A DNA stretch of 64,000 nt from Azolla caroliniana (GCA_043228905.1 JBHGNT010000018.1:7688001-7752000); one strand, 5' to 3'. Counted from the first letter of the stretch, positions 46,575 through 61,469 are shown. Numbers and translations: made by a program. Notes: a model not told the origin generated them from the letters alone.

Positions 46575-47384
46575 TTCTCAGTGAGGGCCGCATGGTCGCT
46601 CATGTCCGTGCGTGTTCAGTTCTCAGTGAGGGCCACGTGATCGCCCACGTCCGTTCGTGTTCCAGTTTTCAATGACGGCCACATGGTCGCTCACGCCTGT
46701 ACGTGTTTAGTTCTCGGTGAGGGCTGCAAGGTTGCTCACATCCGTTGGTATCTAGTTCTTGGTGAGGACTGCATGGTCACTCACGTTCATTCGTGTTCCA
46801 GTTCTCAATGAGGGCCACATGGTCGCCTTAAGCCTGGTCATGTTTTCAATGAGGACCACACATGGTGGCACACGTTCCAGTTCCTGATCAGGGCCACACA
46901 TGGTCGCTCACGTCCGTTCGTGTTCTAATTCTTGGTGAGGGCCACATGGTCACTCACGCCCATTCGTGTTCAGTTCTCGATGAGGGCCGCATGTTTGCTC
47001 ACGCCTGTTGGTGTTCGTGTTCCAATTCTCGGCAAGGACCGACATGGTCTCTCATGCCCGTTGGTGTTCGTCTTCCCTATGAGAACCGCACATGGTCACT
47101 CACACCAGTTAGTATTCGTGTTCCAACCTCCGATGAGGACTGCACATGGTCGCTCACTCCAACTATTGTTCGTGTTCCAGATCTCGGCGAGGACCGACAT
47201 GGTCGCTCATGCCTGTTGTTTTTCATGTTCTAGTTCCTTGTGAGAACCACATGGTCGCTCACACCCGTTGGTGGTCGTGTTCCAACTCTCGGCGAGGACC
47301 GACATGGTCTCTCATGTCTATTGGTGTTCGTGTTCAAACTCTCGGCGAGGACCGACATGGTCTCTCATGCCCGTTGGTGTTTGT
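46575..47384. repeat. ~40-45-bp minisatellite
   Basis: gagggccacatggtcgctcacgcccgttcgtgttccagttctc repeated ~18 times, with a gradient to the gaggaccgacatgg variant. Confidence 0.9.
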
Positions 47385-50300
47385 TGTTGAGTGGCAAGCT
47401 CAACCAGATTAGAATCGGCATCCGGAAGGATGAGCCGGACCGGTGAGCAAGTGAGCCAGTGAGCTGGGGAGCCGGTTAGGCAGATCAAGCAGTAACTGGA
47501 AGCCAAGTAGCAGCCTAGACTACTAGTAGTTAATGTCTCATAGTTAGTGTGAGACGTTTGTGTAAGCATTGAAGTACACCGTACTTCTATTAGTCCGTAT
47601 GGACTTGTATAAAAGTGCTCACTGAACACATACGATGTACAGATTATTACTTTTGAATTGAATTTATGTCTGCTCTCTCTCTCTGTCTCTCCCACGTACT
47701 GTGTATATTCTAAGCTCTCCATTAAACATGCGTTTCTGTGTTCGGTTTTCTATTGCTTGCGCATGCTATTTTTTTTACATGGAATCAGAGCACGAGGGTT
47801 GAAAACCTCTACAGCCGACATAGCTTGAAAACAAAACCAACCAAGAAGAACAGGTAAAACCGATGGATAGAGGCATGGCTAGCTTGCTTCCGACGGAGAG
47901 GCTCGACAGAAATAACTACGCATCTTGGACCTACAAGATGCACTAGTACCTGCTCGGGCACGGTTACTAGAGCTATGTCGACGGAGCAAATGACACAACA
48001 TCCGAATCGACACATAGAGATTTCCCGGTGTGGGAACTGTCGGCGAGCGGAGTACTGTACTGATTCGCGTCTTGTGTGGGCGAACAGCTCCTAAGCTACA
48101 TTTGGGATGCAAAAACGCCGAAAGATGCTTTGGGAAATCTAAAGAAGATTTTGGCCACAAGCACTGCAGCCAGGAAGCTTCAACTCCAACAGGAGCTGAG
48201 CAACCTACGACAACGGGATTTGTCGATGGCTGATTACACCTCGAATATCAAACAGATATGCGACTCCTTCGCCTCTATCGATGTGAACGTTGAGGAAGGT
48301 GAGATAGTCCAGATTTGTCTCGGGGGACTGGCATCGATGTTCGGAGCATTCTGAACTGCTATGTGTACACAGAAGAATATGCTATCATTTTTCAACTTAT
48401 AGTCGATGCTCCTTGTGGAGGAGAACCACGCCGGTGTGTCAACAAGTGCAGCCACCGACAACCGGATGTTGTACATGGAGGCAGATCGGCCCTGTGGGCG
48501 TGGTGGACAACGCGGGTTGGCTCACAATGGTAGCAGCCGGCAAGAGCAGGACCGAAGGCGCAGAGAACATGCCGACAGCAGTTCCGGACCCTCCACAAGC
48601 AAGGGGAGTCAAGGCGGCGCCGGAGGCCGGCAAGCAAAGGCTGACACGGAATGTTGGTACTGTGGTAAAAAGGGCCACAGGGAAAGAAAGTGTTGGAAGA
48701 AGTGCGCCGATTCGGACAGATCGGATCCTGCAAAGCCGGCAGAGTGAACCGGCAATACTCGCACTACGCAGAAGGATCGGGAGGATCCAAAACCAGAAAA
48801 GCCGGTAAAGGGCCAGCCTTGGTTATGAAACACGAGGCTAACTCGATGAAGAAGACCACCTCCGAATCAAAGGAAGTGTGGTACGTTGATTCCGATGCGT
48901 CGAATCACATGACCAGCCACAAAGAGTGGTTCTCTTTCTTGGAGAAATCGGAACAACCGAGATTCGTCGAAACCAGAGATGACACTCCTCACCCAATCGT
49001 GCATATCGGAGAAGTCCCTTTGAGCCACGTCGGACAGAAGGGGAAGCTGATGAACGTATTACAGTTAGTGAGATCGTTGACCAGGGGATGGAGGTACGGT
49101 TTACGGACCTTGGGTGCTTCATCGAGAAAGAGGGCCAAATTATTGCGCAAGGGCGCAGAGAAGGGAGGATGTTCATCCACGACACCAATAACGTCGGCAC
49201 CGCTTTGTTCGCCAAAGGAGAGAAGATTGAATCGGATATTGATCTCTAGCACAAGCGGATCAGCCACGTCAATTACCAAAGGCTTCAAGACCTACAAACG
49301 AAACAAGTTTCTTTCGGTTTGCCGAAGTTCAATGGACAGAAGGCCCAAATATGTGAAGCCTGCCAACTCGGGAAGCAACATCGGCTTCCATTTCCCACCG
49401 AACGAAACCGTAGCCGTAACAAGCTCGACCTTATTCATTCGGATGTATGGGGACTGGCACAGGACGTTAGTCGTGGCGGGGGTCAGTATTTCGTCTCCTT
49501 CATCGACAACTACAGCCGACACACATGGATCTACCTCATTGAGCGGAAGAGCGAAATCTTCGAGTGTTTCCGGAACCTACAAAGCCTAGTTGAACGGGAA
49601 ACGGAGAGGAAGATCAAGTGCATGCGGTCGAATGGCGGAAAAAGAATATTTTTCAGGCCAATTCAACAGTTTTCTGCAGCAAAAACGAATTTGGAGAGAG
49701 TTCAGCTGTAGATACACACCAGAGCAAAACGGTGTCGCCGAAAAGAAGAACCTGTCGATTGTCGACGTGGCAAGGGCAATGCTGGAGGAGAAGAGCATGC
49801 CCCATTTCTACTGGGCCGAGGTGGTCCGGACGACCGTCTATATCCAAAACCGGATCGGTGACAAGGTGTTCACGCATAAGCTATATTTCGGACGCAAGCC
49901 GAATTTGAGACTCCTTCATATATTCGGTAGCATTGCATATGTGCATGTGCCAGATGAGAAGCGAAGGAAGTTATATGCAAAGTCGGAGAAATGCATCCTG
50001 GTCGGTTACTCGAATGAGCAAAACAAGTATAAGTGTTATAACCCTCGGATGAAGCAAGTCCGAGTTAGCCGGGATGTTGAGTTTGATGAAATAGCATCAT
50101 GGTATGCCTTAATGGCTCTGACTTCCGACCCCGACCCGATACCGGAGGATGAGGCTAGTGAGCCTGAACCAGTCCAGATAGAAGATGAAGACCTCGGCAC
50201 TCTAGAAGAAAGTCCAATCTCATTTCGGTTAAGTGGACCAAATGAGTGGCTGAGTCAGGATGACCAGTCAGATGAGGAACCAGCGAGTAATGGAGACTCT

Positions 50301-50793
50301 GTCGTGCTCTCCCCACGCAAGGAATCGAGGAGACGGTTCACGTGCAAAGAGAAGAGGAAGAAGAAGATGCCGGAATACGAAACCGGCAACGTTGGATCGG
50401 ATCGAAGCGAATCTGACTCCAGAAAGGATGAAGGTGGATCATCGAGAATGAAGTCTGAACCGGCCAAGAAGGGCCTCAAACCGGGTAACGATAAGTTACG
50501 CCGGTCTTCATGCCAGAAAAACCCCGTGAAGCGGTACGGGTACAATGAGTACATGACCAAGGTGGCGGAAGTGCGTGAGCCGGAGAGCTACGCAGAAGTA
50601 GTAAGGGACGCAAATTGGTGTGCCGCTATGGAGGAAGAAATGCAGGCACTTGATGCAAACGGCACATGGAACCTAGTTGACCCTCCCCGACACTATAAAC
50701 CTATCGTATATAAGTGGGTGTACAAGGTAAAGTACAATGCTGATGGTTTGGTTAACCAGTACAAGGCCCGGTTAGTGGCGAAGGGATACGTGT
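47385..50793 (+). mobile_element. Copia C2 (5' LTR 47385-47779, PBS 47780-47791, gag-PR-IN-RT start), cut by G3
   Basis: [37 protein letters not shown]. Confidence 0.9.
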
Positions 50794-53700
50794 TGTTGTG
50801 CCTTTCGGCTCCGGATCGTTGCGTGAATTGGGTGGGAACCACCGAGGTTTTGGACTAGGAGAAAAGAAAATTCTAAGATAATTAAGAATATGAAATATAT
50901 GGTAAGAAAGAAAGATATGAAAAACTCGTGAATCCCACGAGTATAGTGTATTAATTGATACTTAGAATGTAAGAGAGAAATAGATGGCAAAATTGTGAAT
51001 CCCACGAATATTTTTTTATTAATCAATCCTTGTAAAATAATCAACAACCCCCCCATACATCTTTCTCTCCTCCTTATATAAGGATGGAAGAGGCTAAGCA
51101 TAGCTTCATGCTTTTTCTAGAGTGTTCATGCACACAAAATGTGCATGAGTTGCCTTTTTACACTATGCTTTTATTTCGTAAATATAGTGCTCATGCTCGT
51201 TAGATGTGCATGAGTCATTTTTTATTGGTGTACATTTATTTTTTCTTATAAATAAAGTATTCACGCATTCTAAAAAAATGCATGACTTACCTTTTAATAA
51301 AGGTAGGCATAAATAAAGGTCTTATATGTATTAAATCTATATTTAGAACACTTAGGATAAGTTAGTACAATGGTAAGGTTGGGGTTTGTCTATGTGGAGG
51401 TACAGGGTTTGAATCTTACCCTATGCATGTAATAAATATTTTTAATATTTTATTTTATTTATTATACGTACTTTAAATCGGATATAGTATTTTACATATT
51501 TCACGTAGTGTGTGATTCACACTACAACACTCGAGCCCTCCGAACCCGCACATCCTCTGGTATGTGCCGAAGTCCCCGATGCTTGCTATTCACCTTGATC
51601 CGAAGCTTCCTCCGATTCTCCCCTTAAATCGACTATGAGTTGTAATCCACTTTCTTTGCTTTCCGCATCACCGCGATCTTCGTCCGATTGCTCCTTCTTG
51701 TCGGTCTTGTCTAGGATCACATAGGGTTCTTCATCAGTCCGCTTCTTGAAAATCTTCATCCGTTTCCCGGCTATAGGCACTCGTAGCATCGTTCCATCCA
51801 ACTCGCATAGTCAGTAAGTTCCGTTGTCGAAAACTTTCCGAACCTCGTATGGCCCAAACCACCTTTTCGCAAACCTCCGCATCGTTGTATGTTGATGATC
51901 CAAACTACTGTCGTAGACAATCACCCAATCTCCTTCTTAAATCTTCCGCGGTCATAGTTGGTGCTTTGTGTCGAACCGGTTTTTATTCTGGAATCGTGCT
52001 TCTTGTTGTCGGCATATTGCTTCCGCTATGTCTTCCGGTCTTCCCTCTAGTTGTCGTATCCGGACCGCTAGTAGTTCTTCCCGGCTCATCTCTTCCTTCC
52101 ACGGTAGCACTGTCCATGTCGCGATCGCGGTTTCCGTTGGCATTACCGGTGCTTATCCGGTCATGAGTTCTGCCGGCATGTAACCGGTTACGGAGCTATG
52201 CGTTGTCCGATCCGCCTATAGTGCATACGGAAGCATCTGCGGCTAATCCTTCACCCTTCCATCGCATGCCTGCGCAAGTGCTTTGACGATCGGACTATGT
52301 CCTCGTTCAATCTTCCCATTGGCTTCCGGATTGTAAGGCATTGTCAGTGTTAACTGAACTCCATGTTTGGTGAAGAATTCCTTAGCTTTATCAGAGTCGA
52401 GTTCTCCCCAATCCGCAATCACTTGTCCTACGCACCCATACCTGCAAAACACCTCCTCCAAAAGAAATTGGCATACCGTAGAACATGTTTTCCTTCGTAG
52501 CGCCCGACCTTCTACTTGGTTTGTGAGATCTTCCAGAGCTAACACCAAGTACTTCTTTTGTCCAATCCCGATTGGCATGGCTACAATATCGACCATCCAT
52601 TTGAAATTGATTGTCGGTGAGAATGTCGGATGTAACTCATCTCGGTGTTGAACTCCGGAGTAGATTTGACACTTCTCGCAGCTTTCCATGAATTCCGCTA
52701 TATCTTTGTATATGTTCTTCGACCAATATTTTTGTTTCATTTTCACAAAAGTTGCCCATATTCCTCGATGACCAGCCCAATCGGATTCGTGAAATTCGGA
52801 CATTATCCGGTTTCGTTGCTCTTTCGTCCCGACTACCCGAAGTGGTATGCCATCCGGTCTTTCCGGCTCCCTCCATATTAATCCATTTTTCAAGAAGAAC
52901 TTTCGGACTTGCCGCTTCTTACTTCGGAGCCCGGCTCTCTTCTCTTTATTGTTCGATGATTTCTTGATTTCTTGTAGCACTTTCCCGATCAACAAGCTTT
53001 CTCCCTCATATTCTTCTTCCCGGAATTCTCGGATTACGTTCACCCGGCATTTGTGCTCCGAAGCAAAGTAGTCTTCGGAAACTTCTTCATTATTGGATTC
53101 GGTTATGTCATCTCCGAACCGCGCCCTTGATAGCATATCCGCTACCACGTTGTCTTTTCCAGAGATGTGTCGTACCTCTGGATTAAGTGACTTAACATAT
53201 GCAATCCATCTTAGCATAGCCACATCCGGTATCATGCAACAACGCATCATCCCAAGTATCGGAAGACAATCCTTTTCGATCACTACTTCGGCTCCAATCA
53301 AATAATCTCGATCCGATTTTATTGCCGACACGACTCCCCATAATTCTCTTTTGACTTGTGCATATCCGTGTTGCCTTTCGTTGAGAACCTTTGCTCCGAA
53401 TCGGATCGGATCGAGATTGATGACCCATCCGGATCGGCTTGATTCATGACCCATCCGATTCCAGTTGGACTTGTGTCAACCGTTACTATGATCGGCTGGT
53501 CATAGTTCGGCTTCTTTAGTGCTTTTGCCCTCCGTAGTGATTTCTTGAGCTTCTTCACGGCTTTGGTATGCTCCGATTTCCATTCGAACTTCTTACCCTT
53601 CCGCAACAAATGATAGAGTAGGTCCGCAATATGTGCATAGTGTGGAATCTATATGTGGTAGAATACACATGCTCCAAGAAACCTTCGGACTTCAGATTGT

Positions 53701-54347
53701 GACTCGCATGTTTCTTTCATAGCTTGAATTGCATCGATCTTGGTCGGTGACGGTCTTCGGCCATAGGGCCCACATAGATGTCCGACTACCAATATTTCTT
53801 CTTTCCCGAATGCCGATTTCTCCCCGGAAAGTGTTAGGTGCACATCTTCTAACTTTCAAAGCACTTTCTTGCAATCGTGAATATGGTCGACTACGAACTT
53901 TCGGCATCCTCGATCATCCATAGTTTCATCTTTTTCTTCTACCGCGTATCCTTTCATTGGAATGTCATCTAGGAACGGCATCGTTATCTCCGGAATGCAG
54001 TCTCGAAGCACCTTGTTCATTGCATTCATCATATGTGCGACCGAGTTCGTCGCGCCTTGTGGTAGCGTACACATCCGGACTAATCCTATCGGTGTCCGCA
54101 TGGTAGTGATGTCTCGGCTCTCCACGGCTAGTTGGAATTGGTCATACCCCGAGTATAGGTCTCCGATGGAGTATATCGCTCGACCGGCAAATGCTTGCGC
54201 AAATTTGTCCACTATCAGACCGACTCCGGAGTTCCGGATCGTGACTTTGTTCACCGGTTGCAAGTCTTGGATAAATCGGAGTGACCCATTCTTCTTCAGA
54301 ACCATAAACCATTGATTTGAGTACGGAGCGTTTGATGGCTCTAGAAT

Positions 54348-57300
54348 TGACAGGAACTACATGCTCCGATGAACAACGCTCGGCCACAACCGAGCCTAGA
54401 ATAAAACACAGAAAAAACAGGGAATGAAACACAACACGATAGAGAGAAGAGTTAATAGGATGTTTATGTGGAAAACCCAAACTCGGGAAAAACCACGGCA
54501 GCCCACAAACCGCAAACTATCACTATGTCAGAATGTACAATAAGAAATCATCAAGGCCACGATCTCGAGCTTGTTATCTTCGCCACAGGCGGCGGTTACA
54601 ATCAGAGGCAATGACCTCTTTCTCTCTCTCACTCTCTTTGTACACAGTTGCACGCTCTAATCTTGCGCCAACAAGAATAACAACTAACTCTATACTAAAG
54701 TTTTCCCTAAGTCATATTTATACTAATATGACTTTTCGGCTATTTACAAATATAGCCCCGATGGACTCTCAGAAACATATTTACGAATATGTCCCTTCAT
54801 CCGGTGAGCACTCTTCACCGGGCCTGCATCATCCGGCGCTTGCCGGGTACTTGTCATCCGGTTCCCACCAGGTCATCCGTAGCCGGGTACTCCTCATCTG
54901 TTTCTCACTGGGTCTTCATCATCCGGTTCTCACCGGTTCATCCGTAGCCGGGTACTCCTCATCCGGAGGGACCTGTTTCCTAACAAACTCCCCCTTCACT
55001 CCGGCATGGGGTGTCTTACTAGTCGGACCCGCTTCCGACATGCATCCAGCTTGTCAGGTGTCAGTATTTTGGTCAGCATATCTAACCCGTTCTCGGCCGT
55101 GTGGATCTTCGTCAGCGCGAACTCCTGGTCATCTACTCTTTACCGGATCCAGTGATACCTACGCTGGATATGCTTCGTCCAAGAATGGTAGGCCGCATTC
55201 TTAGCAAGGTGGATGACACTTTGACTGTCGCAATAGAGCCGGTATTCATCTTATCGGATACCGAGCTCTCCGATGAAATCCTTCATCCATAATATTTCCT
55301 TGCCGGCTGTGGCCATGTACTCCGCCTCCGTGGTTGATAGCGCAACTGTCTTCTGTAGCCTCGACTCCCAGTAGGCGAGCGTCTTGTCCTCCATGAAGAT
55401 AAGATCTCGACTCCGGAATACCTTCTTGTCAACCAGGTCCCACACTCGGTAGCCGAACTCATCGTCGCCGTAACCGAGGAATATGCATGGCCGGGTCTTT
55501 GGATCTAACTTTCCTCTCTGGTCCTTAGCTACATGCACGTACGCGAGACACCCGAATACCTTCAGATGCCGGTAGGACACTTCCTTACCGGTCCAGACTC
55601 TCTGTGGCATGTGTCCGTCCAAGGGTACTGAGGGTGATCTGTTTATCACATATGTCGCCGTCGACAGTGCCTCAGCCCAAAACTTCTTGGGTAGTTTTGC
55701 ATGCGCCAGCATACGCCGGACCCTCTCCATTATGGTCCGGTGTTGGGAGACAGGTCCCTCCGGATGGGAAGGGAGAAGAACAGTGCCGACGAACAAACTC
55801 ATGAAAGACTTGGGTCCGGCAAGATAGATGTTGGGGATGCACATCATCCGTAACCGGAAAGCGAAGCAATTATGGCTGTCACAGGAGAAGTACGTGACAA
55901 AGGTGCTTCACCGGTTCAACATGTCAGATGCAAAACTGGTCGGATCGACACTTCCGGCAAACTGCAAGCTATCCGGCAAGCAAAGCCCGAAGACGAAAGG
56001 AGAGAAGGCAGATATGATGAAGATTCCATATGCCTCTGCCGTCGGGAGCTTGATGTACGCTATGGTTTGTACCCGACCGGATATTGGATACGCAGTCGGA
56101 GTGGTGAGCCGGTTCATGAGTAATCCTGGCAAGGAGCACTGGAATGCGGTCAAGTGGATACTCTGGTATTTGAAGGGCACTTCAAATATGTGTCTCCGAT
56201 TCGGCTCCGGAAAACCTCAACTGGACGGTTTCACCGATTCGGACATGTCGGCTGATGTGGATACCAGCCGGTCTACATCTGAGTATGTGATGACATATGC
56301 AGGGGGAGCTATTTCATGGCAGTCGAGGCTGCAGAAGACGGTTGCATTGTCAACCACAGAGGCGGAGTACATGGTGGTTGTGGAAGCCGGCAAGGAAATA
56401 TTATGGATGAAGGACTTCATCGGAGAGCTCGGTATCCGGCAAGAGGAATACCGACTCTACTGCGACAGTCAAAGTGCCATCCACCTTGCTAAGAATGCGA
56501 CCTACCATTCCCGGACGAAGCATATCCAGCGGAGGTATCACTGGATCTGGGAAAGAGTAGATGACCAGGAGTTCGCATTGACGAAGATCCACACGGCCGA
56601 GAACGGGTCAGATATGCTGACCAAAGTGCTGACACCCGACAAGCTGGATGCATGCCGGAAGAGAATCGGACTGGTAAGACACCCCATGCCGGAGTGAAGG
56701 GGGAGTTTGTTGGGAGACAGGTCCCTCCGGATGGGAAGGGAGAAGAACAGTGCCGACGAACAAACTCGGCTATGAGGAGTACCCGGCTACGGAGAGCCGG
56801 ATGATACAGGCCCGGTGTGAACCGGATGAGGAGTACCCGGCTACGGAGAGCCGGATGATACAGGCCCGGTATGAACTGGATGAGGAGTGTCCGGCTACGG
56901 AGAGCCGGATGGTGCAGGCCCGGTATGAACCGGAGGAAGAGACATATTCGTAAATATGTTTCTGAGAGCCCATCGAGGCTATATTTGTAAATAGCCGAAA
57001 AGTCATATTAGTATAAATATGACTTAGGGCAAACTTTTAGTATTGTTGTAGTTGTTGTCATTCTTCCTTGTTGGTGCAAGAAGAAGAGAGTGCACGTAAC
57101 TGTACAGAAAGAGAGAGAGAGAACGAGGTCGTTGCCTCTGTTGTAACCGGCGCCTGTGGCGAAGATCGTGAGTCTGAGGTCGTTGCCTCCGAGTACTCAT
57201 TGTTATGTACATTCATACATAGTGACAGTTTGCAGCCTGTGGGCTGCCGTGGTTTTTCCCTAGTTTGGGGTTTTCCACGTTAACCTCCTGTGTACCACTT

Positions 57301-59900
57301 CTCTTCTCTGTGTCGTGTTTCATTACCTGTTTTTCTGTGTATGAAAAGAATCTCGGTTGTGGCCGAGCTTAGGGCATAAGGAACGTCAAGTTCCGTCTTC
57401 CGGTTCATCCTCTCGGCCAGCCCGTTTAGTTCCGGCGTCTTCGGCACGGTAAATTCGAGCCAGATTCCCTTCAAGCGACAGTACTCCTCGAACTGCCCCC
57501 GGTATTCACCTCTGTTATCTGCTGGAACCGCCTTCAGCTTCCGGCCGTTTTCTCTTTCCACTCTCGCGTGGAGCTCTTTGAAGACGGATAGCACCTGATC
57601 CTTCGTCTTCAACGGTGTGGCCCACAGCTTCCAGCTATGGTCATCTATGAACGTCACGAAGTATTGCGATCCTGCATGTGACTTCCTGTCCACTTGACAC
57701 ACATCAGTATGCACCAACTCCAGTGGTGCATTACGTCTCATCGGTGGCCTTGGTTGGAAGGAGCTCCGGTTTTGCTTACCGTCCAGACAATTAGTGCACT
57801 TCTCCAAGTGCACGTTCTTCACTGGAATGAGGTTGTCTTCTGCAAGCCTCTTCATCCCCTTCTCGCTCATGTGACACAGCCTTTTGTGCCACAGCTCACC
57901 GGCAGTGTCGGACGCCATGTTCACTTCCTCCGGACATAACCGGGCATTCATCAGGTACAGCGTGTTGACCTTTCGGGCCCGAGCCACATTCAGGCTCCCT
58001 TTGCTAAACTTCATAACATCGTTCTAGATGCTACCCCTGTAGCCTTCATCGTCTAGCCGACCGGCTGATATCAGGTTCAGACGAACGAACGTGTCGAACA
58101 TCCTTCAGCAGCACCTTGCATCCGGTTGGTGTTGTCAACCACACGTCTCCTATGCCGACAATTCGGCATTTACCTTCATTCCCCATCCGGACACAGCCGT
58201 GATCACCGGCTGAGTAGGATGAGAAGCATTTCTGGTCCGGGGTAAGGTGGAACGACGCTCCGGAGTCGACCACCCAGGTCATCTCGTCACCGGCAAGGTT
58301 TATCTCACTCTCCTCGGTGATGAGCATCAACTCTTCTTCACTTGCCTCGATTGTTGTTGTTCCCTTCCAGTCCGTTCCCCTCCAGTCTTTGTCGTTCCGG
58401 TTCGGTGTCCGCTTCGAATCGGTACCGTTGGTTTCCTTGTCTTTCTGGAAATGCCGACAGTTCTTCTGGAAGTGTCCCGGCTTGCCGCAATAGAAGCAAG
58501 TAGGCCTCCCCCTTGACTTTGACCGTGTCCCCTACTTTTCCCGGTTCTGGGGAATACGGTTTCTTTGTCTTCCGCGTTCCGATTTGGTAAGGAGCGCTTG
58601 GGAGTCGGAGCTCGTATCCTTATCTTTCCGACGCGCCTCCTCATCTAGCAAGCTCGACTTCACTCTTGCTAGGGATAACCGTTTCCCTTCCGGCCAAGCG
58701 TTGCCCAAAGTGACAACCAACGTCTCCCAGCTATCCGAGAGGGAACCGAGTAGGAGTAGCGCTAGTACCTCATCGGCGAGAGGTACTTCAAATGATGTTG
58801 CCTGGTGGATCATCCCCTGGAAGGCATTCATGTGCTCCGCCATGTTGGAGCCATCTTGGTGTCTTACTAGCTTCCGGAATACCGAAACCTAATTAACAAC
58901 ATTTTTGTTTTGAAACATAATGCCGATCTTCTCCTAGAGCTCATGAGCCTTGCTCTCTTCATTGAAGTTGTTGTATAGGCTCATGTCGATGAAACACCGT
59001 ATGTAGGCCGTTGTCTTCATGTGCATCACCTCCCATATCGTGGCGTCGATTTTGTCCGGTCTCTTGTCCCGGAACTGAACCGGCAACCAAAGATCTTTAA
59101 CCACGAGCATGTCCCTCATCTTCTACTTCCACACGGAATAGTTGGAGCCGGTGAGCTTGAACATGCCTCCCAACGAATCGTCCATTTTCTGTGTCATTTT
59201 GCTCTGATACCACTTTGACAGGAACTACACGCTCCCGATGAACAACGCTCGGCCACAACCGAGCCTAGAATAACAAGCAGGAAAAAACAGGGAATGAAAC
59301 ACAACACGATAGAGAGAAGAGTACATAGGATGTTTACGTGCGAAACCCAAACTCAGGAAAAACCACAGCAGCCCACAGACCGCAAACTATCATTATGTCA
59401 GAATGTACAATAAGAAATCACCGAGGCCACGACCTCGAGCTTGCTATCTTCGCCACAGGCGGTGGTTACAATCAGAGGCAACGACCTCTTTCTCTCTCTC
59501 ACTCTCTCTGTACATAGTTGCACGCACTAATCTTGCACCAACAAGAATGACAACAACTACACCCTAAGTTTGCCCTAAGTCATATTTATACTAATATGAC
59601 TTTTCGGCTATTTACAAATATAGCCCCGATGGGCTCTCAAAAAACATATTTACGAATATGTCCCTTCATCCGGTGAGCACTTCTCACCGGGCCTTCATCA
59701 TTCGGCTCTTGCCGGGTACTCGTCATCCAGTTCTCACCGGGTCTTCCGTAGTCAGGTACTCCTCATCCGGTTCTCACCGGGTCCTCCGTAACCGGGTACT
59801 CTTCATCCGGTTCTCACCGGGTCCTCCGTAACCTGGTACTCTCCATTCTCATCAACGCTGTTCTTCTCACTTCCCTTCCGGAGGGACCTGTTTCCTAACA
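54348..59900 (-). mobile_element. Copia A2 with both LTRs (54348-54985, 59216-59900), RT deleted
   Basis: PPT at 54986-54996, PBS at 59201-59212, gag-PR-IN 57399-59184, IN/RNase H fusion at ~55365. Confidence 0.88.
55741..57398 (+). mobile_element. Copia A3 deletion derivative inserted into the A2 integrase
   Basis: TSD TCCGG (55736-55740, 57399-57403). 60-bp 5' LTR stub, RT-end/RNase H ORF 55828-56697, PPT, 3' LTR 56708-57398. Confidence 0.9.
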
Positions 59901-61256
59901 GATCCTGCATGTGACTTCGTGTCCACTTGACACACATCATTATGCACCAACTCCAGTGGTGCATTACGTCTCATCGGTGGCCTTGGTCGGAAGGAGGTCC
60001 GGTTTTGCTTACCGGCCAGACAATCAGTGCACTTCTCCAAATGCACGTTCTTCACTGGAATGAGGTTGTCGTCTGCAAGCCTCTTCATCCCCTTCTCGCT
60101 CATGTGACACAGCCTTTTGTGCCACAGCTCACCGGCAGTGTCGGACGCCACGTTCACTTCCTCCGGACATAACCGGGCATTCATCAGGTACAGCGTGTTG
60201 ACCTTTCGGGCCCGAGCCACATTCAGGCTCCCTTTGCTAAACTTCATAACATCGTTCTAGATGCTACCCCTGTAGCCTTCATCGTCTAGCCGACCGGCTG
60301 ATATCAGGTTCAGACGAACGAACGTGTCGAACATCCTTCAGCAGCACCTTGCATCCGGTTGGTGTTGTCAACCACACGTCTCCTATGCCGACAATTCGGC
60401 ATTTACCTTCATTCCCCATCCGGACACAGCCGTGATCACTGGCTGAGTAGGATGAGAAGCATTTCTGGTCCGGGGTAAGGTGGAACGACGCTCCGGAGTC
60501 GACCACCCAGGTCGTCTCATCGCCGGCACGGTTTAGCTCACTCTCCTCAGTGATGAGCATCAACTCTTCTTCACTTTCCGCGATTGTCGTCGTTCCCTTC
60601 CAGTCCGACCCCCTCCGGTCTTTACCGTTCCGGTTCAGTGTCCGCTTCGAATCGTTACCCTCAGTTTCCTTGTCTTTTCGAAAATGCCGACAGTTCTTCT
60701 GGAAGTGTCCCGGCTTGCCGCAATAGAAGCAAGTAGGCCTCCCCCTTGACTTTGACCGTGTCCCCGACTTTTCCTAGTTCTGGGGACTACGGTTTCTTTG
60801 TCTTCCGCATTCCGATTCAGTAAGGAGTGCTTTGGAGTCAGAGCTCGTATCCTTATCTTTGCGATGTGCCTCCTTATCTAGCAAGCTCGACTTTACTCTT
60901 ACTAGGGATAGCCGTTTCCTTTCCGGCCCGGCGTTGCCCAAAGTGACAACCAACGTCTCCCAGCTATCCGGGAGGGAACCGAGTAGGAATAGCGCTAGTA
61001 CCTCATCGGCGAGAGGTACTTCCAATGATGTTGCCTGGTGTATCAGCCACTGGAAGGCATTCATGTGCTCCGCCATGCTGGAGCCATCTTGGTACCGGAG
61101 TCTTACTAGCTTCCGGAATACCGAAACCTGGTTAACAACATTTTTGTTCTGAAACATAATGCCGATCTTCTCCTAGAGCTCATGAGCCTTGCTCTCTTCA
61201 TTGAAGTTGTTGTATAGGCTCATGTCGATGAAACACTGTATGTAGGCCGTTGTCTT
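59901..61256 (-). mobile_element. Copia A4 fragment (gag-PR-IN start), near-duplicate of 57668-59014
   Basis: ORFs 59867-60247 and 60279-60563 mirror 57280-58014 and 58046-58330 at a 2233-bp offset. Confidence 0.88.
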
Positions 61257-61469
61257 TCTCGAGCTCTTCAAGCCGTTGTAGTGTGCTCCCATAGAACACT
61301 TCTTCGACTATTCCCACGATTTCTTCATCTTCTTTTATTATTGATGCTGACCGTAACTTATCCTCCACTTTTCGGTATTCTTTCTTCATTCCTTTGGCTA
61401 CGGCCGTGTACGTAGATGCCCCATCCGGACCGATTCGTACTTGTTTTGCTCCGAGAGTTTTCTTCCTGT

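Noticed and set aside
46575-47384. CRISPR-like array
   Set aside because: Units are contiguous degenerate repeats without unique spacers, there are no cas genes, and the context is eukaryotic.
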